Assembly (NCBI GenBank): GCA_001822835.1
Contig: MHSS01000004.1
Location: 7,186 to 71,185 of the forward strand
Reading direction: 5' to 3'
DNA from: Candidatus Terrybacteria bacterium RIFCSPHIGHO2_01_FULL_48_17
GTDB lineage: Bacteria > Patescibacteriota > Minisyncoccia > Terrybacterales > 2-01-FULL-58-14
Length of the DNA stretch: 64,000 bases
The notes under the pieces are model-generated. The model searched no databases and had not been told where the DNA came from. It saw only the letters and a program-made list of their open reading frames with translations. The number at the start of each line of letters is the position of its first letter. The first letter of the stretch is position 1. Shown here piece by piece: positions 38,712 through 47,837 of this stretch. The position numbers and the translations under genes were made by a program.

Positions 38712-40493
38712 ATGAACCCCCCTAAAGCTCAACTTTCTCCCGAAGAACTCTTTGAACGAGGCGTTGCAACCTTGAAGGATTTGCTTGCGCCATCAGCCCT
38801 GGAGTTTTCCCAAAACACCATAAAAATAGGCGAGCGCTATACGCGCATTCTTTTTGCGTTTTCCTACCCCCGCTACCTTACAACCAACTGGCTTTCACCT
38901 ATTATTAACCTTGATCAAACCATTGACGTAACCATGTTTGTTCAGCCGGTAGAGACCGCGGAGATGCTAAAAAAAATGGAAAAGAAGGTCGCCGAGGTTG
39001 AATCGCAAATGATGGAACGAGAAGAAAAAGGGCGGGTGCGCGACCCGATGCTGGAGACCGCCTATAAGGATCTTGAGGATTTGCGCGATAAATTACAGCA
39101 GGCCCGTGATAGAATGTTTCAGTTTTCGCTTTATATCACTATCTGGGGAAGATCCGAAGAAGAGCTTGCTTCCATTGAAAATACAATTCGCTCCCAACTT
39201 GAAGGACGGCTTGTATATATGAAGCCGGCAATTTTTCAACAAGAAGAGGCCCTTAAATCCGTGCTGCCGTACGCGGATAATTGGCTTAAGATATCAACAA
39301 ATTTGGACGCGGAAACCATTGCAACGGCCTTCCCGTTTATTTCGCTGGATCTCACCATGAACCACGGGGTGCTTTACGGCATTAACCGGCACAATAATTC
39401 CCTCGTTATTTTTGACCGCTTCTCGTTACCCAACGCAAATTCCGTAATGTTTGGAATTTCCGGAGGGGGAAAATCCTATGCAGCAAAACTTGAGGTGCTG
39501 CGCGCGCTTATGTTTGGCACCGATGTTATAGTGGTTGACCCGGAGAACGAATATGAGCATTTGGCCCGTGCAGCTGGCGGAACTTTCGCCCATATCTCTC
39601 TTACCGCAAAACAGCATATCAACCCTTTCGATTTGCCGCCCATAACGGAAGACGAAAGCCCTAAAGAAATTTTTAGATCCCATCTCCTCGAAGTCGTGGG
39701 GCTACTGAAAGTAATGCTGGGCAAAAATATCACCCCGGATGAGGAAGCGATTGTTGACCGTGCGGTTACGGAAACCTATGCCTCACGCAATATCACATCG
39801 GAAAGCGATTTCTCGATCATCACAGCCCCGCTTTTTTCCGATTTCCTCTCGGTGTTAGGAGATCTTGAGGGAGGAAGAGTTCTTGCGCAACGGCTTGAAA
39901 AATTTACAAAGGGTGCGTATGCGGGTTTCTTGGATCAACCGACGAACGTGGATATTAACCGCCGCTTTATTGTATTTAGCATCCGGGATCTTGAAGAAGA
40001 GTTGCGACCGATTGCGATGTACATTATTTTACATTTTATCTGGAATCGTATACGCGCATCTTTAAAAAAACGGCTTTTGGTTATTGATGAAGCGTGGTGG
40101 CTTATGCAAAAAGAGGATGGCGCCGCGTTCTTGTTTTCCATCGCCAAGCGGGCTCGAAAATATTTCCTTGGCATCGCAACCATCACCCAAGACGTAGCGG
40201 ATTTTATGGGATCCCCCTACGGCCAGCCCATTGTCGCAAACTCATCGCTTCAATTGCTCTTTAAACAGTCGCCCGCAACTATTGATGCCGTGCAGAAAAC
40301 GTTTAACCTTACGGACGAAGAGAGGTATCTGTTGCTGGAAAGCGCGGTAGGAGACGCATTGTTTTTTGCCGGTCTTAAACATGTGGCTATACAGGTTGTG
40401 GCTTCGTACACAGAAGATCAGATTATTACATCGGATCCTTCCCAGCTTTTGGCAATAAAGCGCGCACGAGAAAACCTTACACAAAAACAGTGA
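38712..40493 (+). CDS. VirB4-family conjugative/T4SS ATPase, C-terminal NTPase part
   Basis: Walker A GISGGGKS, Walker B LLVIDEAWWL, ITQDVADF motif; 593 aa. Confidence 0.85.
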   Translation: MNPPKAQLSPEELFERGVATLKDLLAPSALEFSQNTIKIGERYTRILFAFSYPRYLTTNWLSPIINLDQTIDVTMFVQPVETAEMLKKMEKKVAEVESQMMEREEKGRVRDPMLETAYKDLEDLRDKLQQARDRMFQFSLYITIWGRSEEELASIENTIRSQLEGRLVYMKPAIFQQEEALKSVLPYADNWLKISTNLDAETIATAFPFISLDLTMNHGVLYGINRHNNSLVIFDRFSLPNANSVMFGISGGGKSYAAKLEVLRALMFGTDVIVVDPENEYEHLARAAGGTFAHISLTAKQHINPFDLPPITEDESPKEIFRSHLLEVVGLLKVMLGKNITPDEEAIVDRAVTETYASRNITSESDFSIITAPLFSDFLSVLGDLEGGRVLAQRLEKFTKGAYAGFLDQPTNVDINRRFIVFSIRDLEEELRPIAMYIILHFIWNRIRASLKKRLLVIDEAWWLMQKEDGAAFLFSIAKRARKYFLGIATITQDVADFMGSPYGQPIVANSSLQLLFKQSPATIDAVQKTFNLTDEERYLLLESAVGDALFFAGLKHVAIQVVASYTEDQIITSDPSQLLAIKRARENLTQKQ

Positions 40494-40497
40494 CACT

Positions 40498-40824
40498 ATG
40501 AACGAAGAGGAGTATACTGGAAACGAAGAGGAGGAAGAGCTTACACAACGCCAAGCGCTCGCTCAAGAGCGCGGCGACGCACAAACAGCAGGGCACTATT
40601 TAAAACAACAAGCGCAACAACAGGCAGTGCGCGCTGGAATGCAAATGGCAAAACAAGTGGTAAGACGTGTTGTGGTACAAGCGGCAATTCGAGGCATCAT
40701 CATACTGCTTACCAATCCTGTCGCGCTAGTTATAGAAGGCGTTATTTTGCTTATCATTATCGTGGTTCTTATCGTAATATACGGCGGATTCTATATCCAA
40801 GAAGGGGCCTCCCAAATTTTATGA
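40498..40824 (+). CDS. small membrane protein with acidic N-terminus and a 35-aa hydrophobic hairpin
   Basis: starts 5 nt after the VirB4 stop; overlaps the next gene by 4 nt. Confidence 0.45.
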   Translation: MNEEEYTGNEEEEELTQRQALAQERGDAQTAGHYLKQQAQQQAVRAGMQMAKQVVRRVVVQAAIRGIIILLTNPVALVIEGVILLIIIVVLIVIYGGFYIQEGASQIL

Positions 40825-41906
40825 AGAGGAAAATCTCCTATAGTTATCACAGGCTACTGCTTTGGTGTATAGGCGCTTTTATGGCAATGGCGATTCTTCC
40901 CTTTGTCGCCAACGCTATGTTGCCTGCAGACGGCGGTCTTGGTGGCGTGGGAGCCCCGGGTCAAAGTCAAAACATCAGCAGCCCTCGTCCGAAACTCGAA
41001 GAGGGTCTTGAGCTTCCTCTCCCCGGCGCCCCTGATTTTTCAACCGGCGATCCTGCTGACATTATCGGCTGGTTCTTTTTCTTTACGATGGGCATAGTCG
41101 GGATCCTGGCGCTTATTATGTTGGTTGTCGGGGGAGTGCAATTCACCGCTTCTGCCATTGATCCCGAAGCACGAACCCAAGCACGTAATCGGATACGAGC
41201 AGCCCTTACCGGCCTTTTGCTTGCACTCGTTTCATTTGTGCTTCTCTATACGCTCAATCCAGATCTTGTCAATTTGCGTAGCCCCTCGCTTCCGTGTGTT
41301 TCGTGTGCTTGCCTTGATAGCACGCGAGCGGCTCCCGGACTGAATGTAAATAATTGCGTACAATCAGATCAAGCGGCCTATAGTACGGGCATCCGTGAAA
41401 CAGGAGCGTTTAATACCGACCCCTGTTTGACCTCTGCGATCGCAAGTATTGATCCTAATAGATTAAAGCTCTTGGACGACGCCGGACGCACAGCCGAATA
41501 CGCGAGGGCGTCGGCTGCAAAGGGATGCGGATTTGTTTTTATTGCGGACGATGACAAAACCAATACCACGTGTGCGGCCTATTGCATGCAGAAAAAGGCA
41601 GATAGTTGTGACTATCGCAACGAGCCGGGGTGTAGTTGTAAATCAATCTATGAGCAAACAAAAAACTGGGCATGCAAAACCATGGGTCTCAATACCGTAT
41701 GCAATGAAGAAAAAGACAGCCCCGATGATTCCCAACTTTTCGGATGCCCGCTCCTTGGTTCGTATGTCGAATACGCGACAAATCTCGGCGGAGATTACGA
41801 TGCCTGTAAGTGCGCATCTACAGTAACATGTGCGGATGACGAGGTTATCTCGCTCGTGAAGGATACATTTAAGGAATTGCCGGGCTGGGCGGGTGGCTGC
41901 AACTAA
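40821..41906 (+). CDS. VirB2/TrbC-like pilin module (signal peptide + 2 TM) fused to a C-terminal domain of about 210 aa with 20 Cys
   Basis: cleavable signal ...VANA, hydrophobic pair IIGWFFFFTMGIVGILALIMLVVGG / LTGLLLALVSFVLLY separated by a charged loop. Confidence 0.4.
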   Translation: MKRKISYSYHRLLLWCIGAFMAMAILPFVANAMLPADGGLGGVGAPGQSQNISSPRPKLEEGLELPLPGAPDFSTGDPADIIGWFFFFTMGIVGILALIMLVVGGVQFTASAIDPEARTQARNRIRAALTGLLLALVSFVLLYTLNPDLVNLRSPSLPCVSCACLDSTRAAPGLNVNNCVQSDQAAYSTGIRETGAFNTDPCLTSAIASIDPNRLKLLDDAGRTAEYARASAAKGCGFVFIADDDKTNTTCAAYCMQKKADSCDYRNEPGCSCKSIYEQTKNWACKTMGLNTVCNEEKDSPDDSQLFGCPLLGSYVEYATNLGGDYDACKCASTVTCADDEVISLVKDTFKELPGWAGGCN

Positions 41907-43189
41907 GGAATCGTAGCCAGCACGACCACAAAGAGAACGGCTAAGTCGTTTTTAAGAATTGGGGTATCGATAAGGCCGTGGAGAATAATCGCAGCTAGAG
42001 CTGCGAAGGGAATAGGGAATAGGGAATAGGGAATAGACGAGGAATGGCGAAGCGCTAGGAGCGCTTTTTTTGTTATGACAAAAAGGAGCCATAAAAAACC
42101 GGAGAGTCCCAAAAGGCCTGCGGACAACCAGATAGCAAGAAAAATGTTATGTGGTTGCGGCACTGCCCACTCAAGGTATGGAGGAAATTGCGGCTGCACG
42201 CTAAGGAAATAATACTGAAATGCCCCGGGACCAATACCAAAAAACCAATGGTCTTTTAAAATTTCAAGTGCGGCTTGCCATACCATAATGCGTGAAGCAA
42301 AAGAGGAACGAGCGCCGGTATCGAAAACAATAAAGGCCGCAGTTGTTGCGACAACCACCAAGAAAAGTGCGGCAAAAACTGCTTTAAGGGGAATCTTGCG
42401 TGTAAGCAATAAAAGCGTAAGCGCGCCAAGCGCGGCGCTTATGATGCCTCCCGATGATTGTGTAAACAAAAGGGCTATAGCGATAACGCCAAACGCTATA
42501 CCAAAACCAAAGCGTATTTTTTTAGTTGTCTCAAAGAGGAACAATCCAAGCGCAACGGCAAGCGCTGGGGCCAATACCATCGCAAGATGGTTTGGCGACA
42601 AAAAAAATCCGCGCAAGCGCATATCATACGTTACAAAATCGCCACCAAACAGGGCGCCAATAAGCGCACCGCTTGCTTGAAGCGCAGCCCCCACAACAAC
42701 TGCCGCCAAAAACAGTTTTTTGTTTCGGACATCTTGCTGCACAAACGCATACGCCGCAACGCCGAATAAAACAGGTAGGATAAAAATGCTTTTTAACTCT
42801 CCCAGTGCCCGCAACTGCAACCAAAAACCAGCCGTAATCGTAGCGAAGGCGGCGCCCAAAATAATTAAACTAGCCGGGGCTATCCACCATGGCAGGGAAA
42901 GCTCAATTTTTTTGCGCAACCACAAAGCGAAAAACCCCGCAAGGGCCCCCATCACCAAAAGATCAAGAGCGTTTGTACGCAGCGCGCCTTCGCGGATACG
43001 GATAAGATAAAGCGGCGTTAATAAAATAACCACCACAACGGCATCGCGCGGCCTCAACAAAGTAAGCACAAGGAACAACCCCGCTCCTGCTGCAACCACT
43101 ATAAGCTCAAGCGGGGTGGTGGCGATTATTTCCATAAAAAGAGAGTTGTGCCGTGCCAGCCGCAAAACCAGCCAGCACAACAAATACAA
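41903..43189 (-). CDS. O-antigen ligase/Wzy-like polytopic membrane protein; contains heptamer-encoded segment SSIPYSLFPIPF (42007-42037)
   Basis: 10+ TM helices; GGGAATA x3 on the opposite strand. Confidence 0.55.
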   Translation of the reverse strand: MYLLCWLVLRLARHNSLFMEIIATTPLELIVVAAGAGLFLVLTLLRPRDAVVVVILLTPLYLIRIREGALRTNALDLLVMGALAGFFALWLRKKIELSLPWWIAPASLIILGAAFATITAGFWLQLRALGELKSIFILPVLFGVAAYAFVQQDVRNKKLFLAAVVVGAALQASGALIGALFGGDFVTYDMRLRGFFLSPNHLAMVLAPALAVALGLFLFETTKKIRFGFGIAFGVIAIALLFTQSSGGIISAALGALTLLLLTRKIPLKAVFAALFLVVVATTAAFIVFDTGARSSFASRIMVWQAALEILKDHWFFGIGPGAFQYYFLSVQPQFPPYLEWAVPQPHNIFLAIWLSAGLLGLSGFLWLLFVITKKALLALRHSSSIPYSLFPIPFAALAAIILHGLIDTPILKNDLAVLFVVVLATIP

Positions 43190-44420
43190 ACAACACCTGT
43201 GGCGAGTAGAGCGTTGTTTCTACTAAAGATTGGGCGGCAAACACGGCGATTGATGCGGCAAAGCCATGTGCCAAAAGCGTTTTTTGTTTAACAAACGCCA
43301 AAAAAGCAGCGTAAAGCATACCGACCCAGAACATAAGGCCAAATATGCCAAGCTCGGATGCCATCTCAAGATAGGTATTGTGCGCATTGGTAGGAATACG
43401 AAAAGCAAGTTGGGGCCCAAGAGTCGCCGCAAGCCCTCCGAGCCCAACGCCCAATAACGGATGTTTAAAGAAAATGGTTGTGGTATCCTGCCACAACAAA
43501 AGCCGCGCGGCAAACGACCCTTCGTTCACATCGAAACTCGCGGCGAAACGATCCCGAAAGGGTGCAATAAACAAAAACAGAACAAAAAGGAGAAGCGCTA
43601 CAGAAAATACCATAGCGCGCATGTGACCAGAAAAATTCCGCCATCGTAACACCGCAAACACGAAAAATCCGACAAGCACCGCCGCGTACCCGCCGCGGGA
43701 AAACGATAGGATAATTGCAGCCACCATTAGTATCATTGCAAAAATTGCGAAGGGGCGCGCGGTGCGCGACATGCTGCCTAAAAGACCGGCGGTGCAAAAA
43801 AAAGCTATGCCCAAAAAAAGCGAAAGCGTGTGAGGATCGGAAAAAGGGAAAAAGGCGCGCAGTATCGGGCCTCCCACATCAACAAAAAAACTTGGAAATT
43901 GAAAAACGGCTTCTGCGGTGGTGTTTCCCCACAAAAAAGGGGCTACGTTTTTTATTGCAGCCACCACCGTTTCCCCTCCAAACAAAAACCCAAGCCCTGC
44001 TTGAAAAACCGCAAGGAGCGCCGCCATAAAACCCCCAAACGCAATACCCGCAGCAAAAAAACGTGCGCGCGCCGCCCAAACCGCCGCAAGCCATAAAACC
44101 GGGAAAAATCCTGCTAAAAAAATAAATTTTCGAACTGCAAATGCCGGTGCTTCCGCCCAAAATAGCGACAATCCAGCAACTGCCAAAAATCCCGTAGCTG
44201 TCCAAAATACGGGGTGTACGGGCACGGGAAACGTCCGTTTCCATAAGAAAAGAACCGCGGTGCATCCATAAATCCCCACAACAAGGATTCGAATAGTTGC
44301 AAGATCCCATGAGCCGATATTGGCTGCCGGCAATATAGGGACAGTCGCCAAAAGCGCAAAAAAGGAAAACTGCAGAAATTTCATATTTTTAGCGCACTGC
44401 ATGCGCTCGCAAAAGATCAA
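43107..44420 (-). CDS. O-antigen ligase/Wzy-like polytopic membrane protein
   Basis: topology; overlaps the neighbour by 83 nt, so start may be downstream. Confidence 0.55.
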   Translation of the reverse strand: MIFCERMQCAKNMKFLQFSFFALLATVPILPAANIGSWDLATIRILVVGIYGCTAVLFLWKRTFPVPVHPVFWTATGFLAVAGLSLFWAEAPAFAVRKFIFLAGFFPVLWLAAVWAARARFFAAGIAFGGFMAALLAVFQAGLGFLFGGETVVAAIKNVAPFLWGNTTAEAVFQFPSFFVDVGGPILRAFFPFSDPHTLSLFLGIAFFCTAGLLGSMSRTARPFAIFAMILMVAAIILSFSRGGYAAVLVGFFVFAVLRWRNFSGHMRAMVFSVALLLFVLFLFIAPFRDRFAASFDVNEGSFAARLLLWQDTTTIFFKHPLLGVGLGGLAATLGPQLAFRIPTNAHNTYLEMASELGIFGLMFWVGMLYAAFLAFVKQKTLLAHGFAASIAVFAAQSLVETTLYSPQVLFVFVVLAGFAAGTAQLSFYGNNRHHPA

Positions 44421-45858
44421 TGTGCTCCTGTGTTATGCCCCGAAACATGCGAAGCGAAAGAATGTAGAGGGCTGGACAGATAATGAGATAGGGGATTAAC
44501 GCGAAAATGCCAAGTTTGTGGCTAATGTCGCCCAAAAACATAAATGGAATCGCCATAACGATCGATGCTGCCAAAGCATACAGAACCCGCATCGTGCGTA
44601 TATATCCGCCAGAGGCCCTCGCGCAAATACACATAAGACCAAACGTTACTACAAATTCTGTAAGGACCGTACTCGTTGCGGCGGCAACATACGAAAAACG
44701 AGGAATAAATATCAGATTTAAACCGAAATTAAGCACCATGCCGATTCCATATGCCCATACCGCCCTTCGTTGCTGGCCAAGCGCAATAACCGCACTTCCA
44801 AAAACATTTCCCAAAAAAATGAGCGCTGCCGCAACCAAGAGAATGCGCAGGGGGGACACCGCCTGCAAAAAATCTTTCCCGCCAAGCGCCTCCACCAAAA
44901 GGGGTGCCAAGAAAAACCCGCCAATCATCAAGGGCATTGCCGCAAACATAATGACTTCAAACAAACGCTGGAGCGTTACTCGAAATGCTTTTAAGTTTTC
45001 TACTGCCTCCAAAGAAAGCCGGGGCATAATAAGTCCCACAAACATTGCAGGAAAGAAAATAAGATACTCAAGCATTTTATAAGCAAGGTTATAAAGGCCT
45101 ACGTCTTCCGGCGGACGCAAAAAAGAAAGCATAACCGTATCCATCCGAAAATAAACAAGGGTAAACAAAAGCCCTATGGCAATAGGGAGGGACTCTCGAA
45201 TAATTCCTTTGGCAACGGGCAATGAAAAAGAGAGCCGGAAGGGAAGATATTGACGCACCGCCCTATAATGCACGGCAAATTGCAGAAACGAGCTTGCCAC
45301 TAACGCAACCAAAAAAAGAACTACCGAGCCCCCCAGTACCGCAATAATGACCGATAAACCAAGCTGTAACACCCTTCCCGCAATTTCGGCTAAGGCAGCC
45401 CAATACGCCTTGAGCCGTTTTTGCAAAGGCGCCATGGAAAGCTGCACTAATGACTGTAGCCAAAACGCAACCGCAGCTAACGGGATACCTATACGTGAAG
45501 CAGGGGATAGGGGAACAAAAACAAGCGCCGCGACAACGCCGATACTCAAAATTACACTAAGCGCCGCAAGGCGAATACTAAACGTTACTGAAAAAAGAGA
45601 CCGCTCGTTTGCGCCAGGACGCGAACTCTCGCGCAAAACATATTGGTAAAGGCCGAGGTCGGCAGCAATACTAAAAAGATACAAAAAAGCTAAAATAGCC
45701 GAATACTCGCCAAAAAACCCAGGCCCCAATGAACGGGTAACGATTCCAATAGAAACTAATGCTAAAACGCCGCCAAAAAGTCGTGCGGCGGCGGATATCA
45801 ACGTATTTGCGGCAACGGTCTGAAACATCATTAAAAAAATCCAAATAACAAAATCCAA
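44389..45858 (-). CDS. polysaccharide biosynthesis flippase (Wzx / MOP superfamily)
   Basis: 489 aa, about 14 TM. Confidence 0.6.
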   Translation of the reverse strand: MDFVIWIFLMMFQTVAANTLISAAARLFGGVLALVSIGIVTRSLGPGFFGEYSAILAFLYLFSIAADLGLYQYVLRESSRPGANERSLFSVTFSIRLAALSVILSIGVVAALVFVPLSPASRIGIPLAAVAFWLQSLVQLSMAPLQKRLKAYWAALAEIAGRVLQLGLSVIIAVLGGSVVLFLVALVASSFLQFAVHYRAVRQYLPFRLSFSLPVAKGIIRESLPIAIGLLFTLVYFRMDTVMLSFLRPPEDVGLYNLAYKMLEYLIFFPAMFVGLIMPRLSLEAVENLKAFRVTLQRLFEVIMFAAMPLMIGGFFLAPLLVEALGGKDFLQAVSPLRILLVAAALIFLGNVFGSAVIALGQQRRAVWAYGIGMVLNFGLNLIFIPRFSYVAAATSTVLTEFVVTFGLMCICARASGGYIRTMRVLYALAASIVMAIPFMFLGDISHKLGIFALIPYLIICPALYILSLRMFRGITQEHIDLLRAHAVR

Positions 45859-45960
45859 ATATCAAATAAAATCCCAAACCCCAATGCCAAAAACCGAACG
45901 TGCGGGTCTTGGACATTACGTCGTTGGACATTTATTTGGCATTTGGATTTGTCTTCATGG
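45836..45960. repeat. about 125-bp imperfect palindromic heptamer-periodic element; copy 2
   Basis: aaatccaaataacaaaatccaaatatcaaataaaatccc ... cgtgcgg ... ggacatttatttggcatttggatttg. Confidence 0.6.
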
Positions 45961-46419
45961 GTATGGTCGTATCACAACCCTCCGGTCGCGCCCTTCGCCT
46001 TGTGATTCCGTGACTACGTCCCCTCGGGCTGCAAGCTCTAAGTGTATAAGACGTCGTTCAAAGGCAGACATTGGTTCAAAAATGTATTGGCTTTTAGAAT
46101 AGCGTACCTCGTCAGCCGCGTCCCGCGCGCGTTGCCGCACAATTTTAGCTCGCTCGGCCCGGTAACCATTGACGTCAAGCGTTAACCGAGGCGCTTGTTC
46201 TCCGGCATCCCGTAATACAATGCGCCGCAACATATACTCAAGCGCAGCCAATCCTTGCCCCTGTTCGCCAATAAGAGCGCCCGCGCCTTCGGATGCTTGA
46301 ATCTTTACTTCAATGCCGCCGGTTGGCCCTTCGCTGATATCGGCAATCGCTTCTGGAAAGCCAAGGAAAGACAAAAGGCGCTCTGTTGTTTCCTTTGTTT
46401 TACTAAGAAGTTGTTCCAT
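45955..46419 (-). CDS. jag: Jag/KhpB-like KH + R3H RNA-binding protein
   Basis: KH GxxG-like IGEQGQGLAAL; R3H FEPMSAFERRLIHLELA; sits downstream of yidC. Confidence 0.8.
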   Translation of the reverse strand: MEQLLSKTKETTERLLSFLGFPEAIADISEGPTGGIEVKIQASEGAGALIGEQGQGLAALEYMLRRIVLRDAGEQAPRLTLDVNGYRAERAKIVRQRARDAADEVRYSKSQYIFEPMSAFERRLIHLELAARGDVVTESQGEGRDRRVVIRPYP

Positions 46420-47158
46420 GGTTATCCTTATTGTCTACCATTTTTTGCGCAATACGATATTGGGCGGCAGAAATCACGGTAGTGACAAACCAATAAAGTG
46501 CTAGTGCCGCTGGGAATTTCCACGCGATAACCACCGTAATTGCGGGGAAAACAAACAGGGTTTGCTTTGAGAGCATTTTCGCAAAATCTCCTCCGCCCTG
46601 TCCCGTATCTTTTATGCTCATTCGCGATTGCACCAACTGGGCTAATCCCGCCGCAACTGCAAGATAAGGCGAGGGGACGCTTAAGTCAAGAAATCCAAAT
46701 GCTAATAGGGAAACGTTGCCGGGATCGGGAATAAAACCATAAAGATTCTCAAACGCTCCCGCGTGTACATCGCGCAAAAGAATCCGCCACAACGCAAAAA
46801 GAATTGGAAGCTGCGCCAAAACCGGCATAAGCGATACGAAAGGGTTTATGTTGTGTTCCCGGTATAAACTCATGATTTCGCGCCCCTGCGCTTCCCGATC
46901 GTGCTTAAAACGTTTCTGCAGTTCCTGAATTTTTGGTTGTAATTTTGTGAGTGCTCGTTGTCCGGCAAGCGCTTTAACAGTGAGCGGGAAGAGTGCTAGC
47001 CGAACAATAATGGTGAAAATAATAATCGCAAGTCCAAGATCTTGCCAGGGCAATACGGCATATACGCCCGCCAGAAGATTCTCAAGCGGTTGGCTCACAA
47101 AAACATGGAACGCATTACCGATAACGTTCATAAGATAAATGCATAAGTAGACGGCCAA
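46403..47158 (-). CDS. yidC: membrane protein insertase YidC (short form)
   Basis: 5-TM 60 kDa_IMP core; synteny rpmH-rnpA-yidC-jag. Confidence 0.85.
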   Translation of the reverse strand: MAVYLCIYLMNVIGNAFHVFVSQPLENLLAGVYAVLPWQDLGLAIIIFTIIVRLALFPLTVKALAGQRALTKLQPKIQELQKRFKHDREAQGREIMSLYREHNINPFVSLMPVLAQLPILFALWRILLRDVHAGAFENLYGFIPDPGNVSLLAFGFLDLSVPSPYLAVAAGLAQLVQSRMSIKDTGQGGGDFAKMLSKQTLFVFPAITVVIAWKFPAALALYWFVTTVISAAQYRIAQKMVDNKDNHGTTS

Positions 47159-47468
47159 GGTCTTCCCGCAGGCGTTCGCTTATCTTGGAAGTCGGAACGG
47201 TATTTATAAAAACAATGAGGTCGTATGGGCGGGGGAGAGAGGGAAGTTTCGAAGCCAGTGCTTGTACAATAATCCTTCGTATCCGATTGCGCATAGTTGC
47301 CTTTTTTACAATGCTTTGTGGGATGACAACTGCGGCGCGTGATATTTTGCGGCGGCTTGCCGAATATGCTCGTAGCCGGATAAAGCGTCCGGTAAAGTTG
47401 CGCGCACGCAATCGAAAGAGTGACCGAAGTTCCTTCCTCGAAATTCTATAGAGAACAGGTAACGCCAC
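47115..47468 (-). CDS. rnpA: RNase P protein component
   Basis: 117 aa basic, ...RNRIRRIIVQ... RNR motif; downstream of rpmH. Confidence 0.85.
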   Translation of the reverse strand: MALPVLYRISRKELRSLFRLRARNFTGRFIRLRAYSASRRKISRAAVVIPQSIVKKATMRNRIRRIIVQALASKLPSLPRPYDLIVFINTVPTSKISERLREDLGRLLMHLSYERYR

Positions 47469-47471
47469 ACC

Positions 47472-47606
47472 CTAAACATTAACAATATTCCATCTTCCTT
47501 TCCGCCGGCGCCGTGCAAGAGTCCTGCGCCCGCTCGTGCGCGATTGTCTTTGACGAAATCCGTGCGTACGCTTCCGTTTTCGTTTTTTCGGACGAGGAAT
47601 GCGCAT
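47472..47606 (-). CDS. rpmH: 50S ribosomal protein L34 (not in the ORF track because <60 aa)
   Basis: Manual translation: [44 protein letters not shown]. Confidence 0.85.
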   Translation of the reverse strand: MRIPRPKKRKRKRTHGFRQRQSRTSGRRTLARRRRKGRWNIVNV

Positions 47607-47837
47607 ATGTTCCTATTTGATGCCTCGTTTTTCATCTTTGCGCGTAGTTGCGCGTTCAGGCATAACGGGCTACACTGTAGCATGCTCCGGGAAATGAAGC
47701 AATAAAATGTTTCCCACTGGTTTTCCCCAGCGTCTCCACAGTTCCGGTTGTTTTCTGATTTTACAACAACGTCTCCGTTGATATACTAATCGATGTTTTT
47801 CCTTAATACAAAATAGCGCTCTTGTATAGTTCAACGT

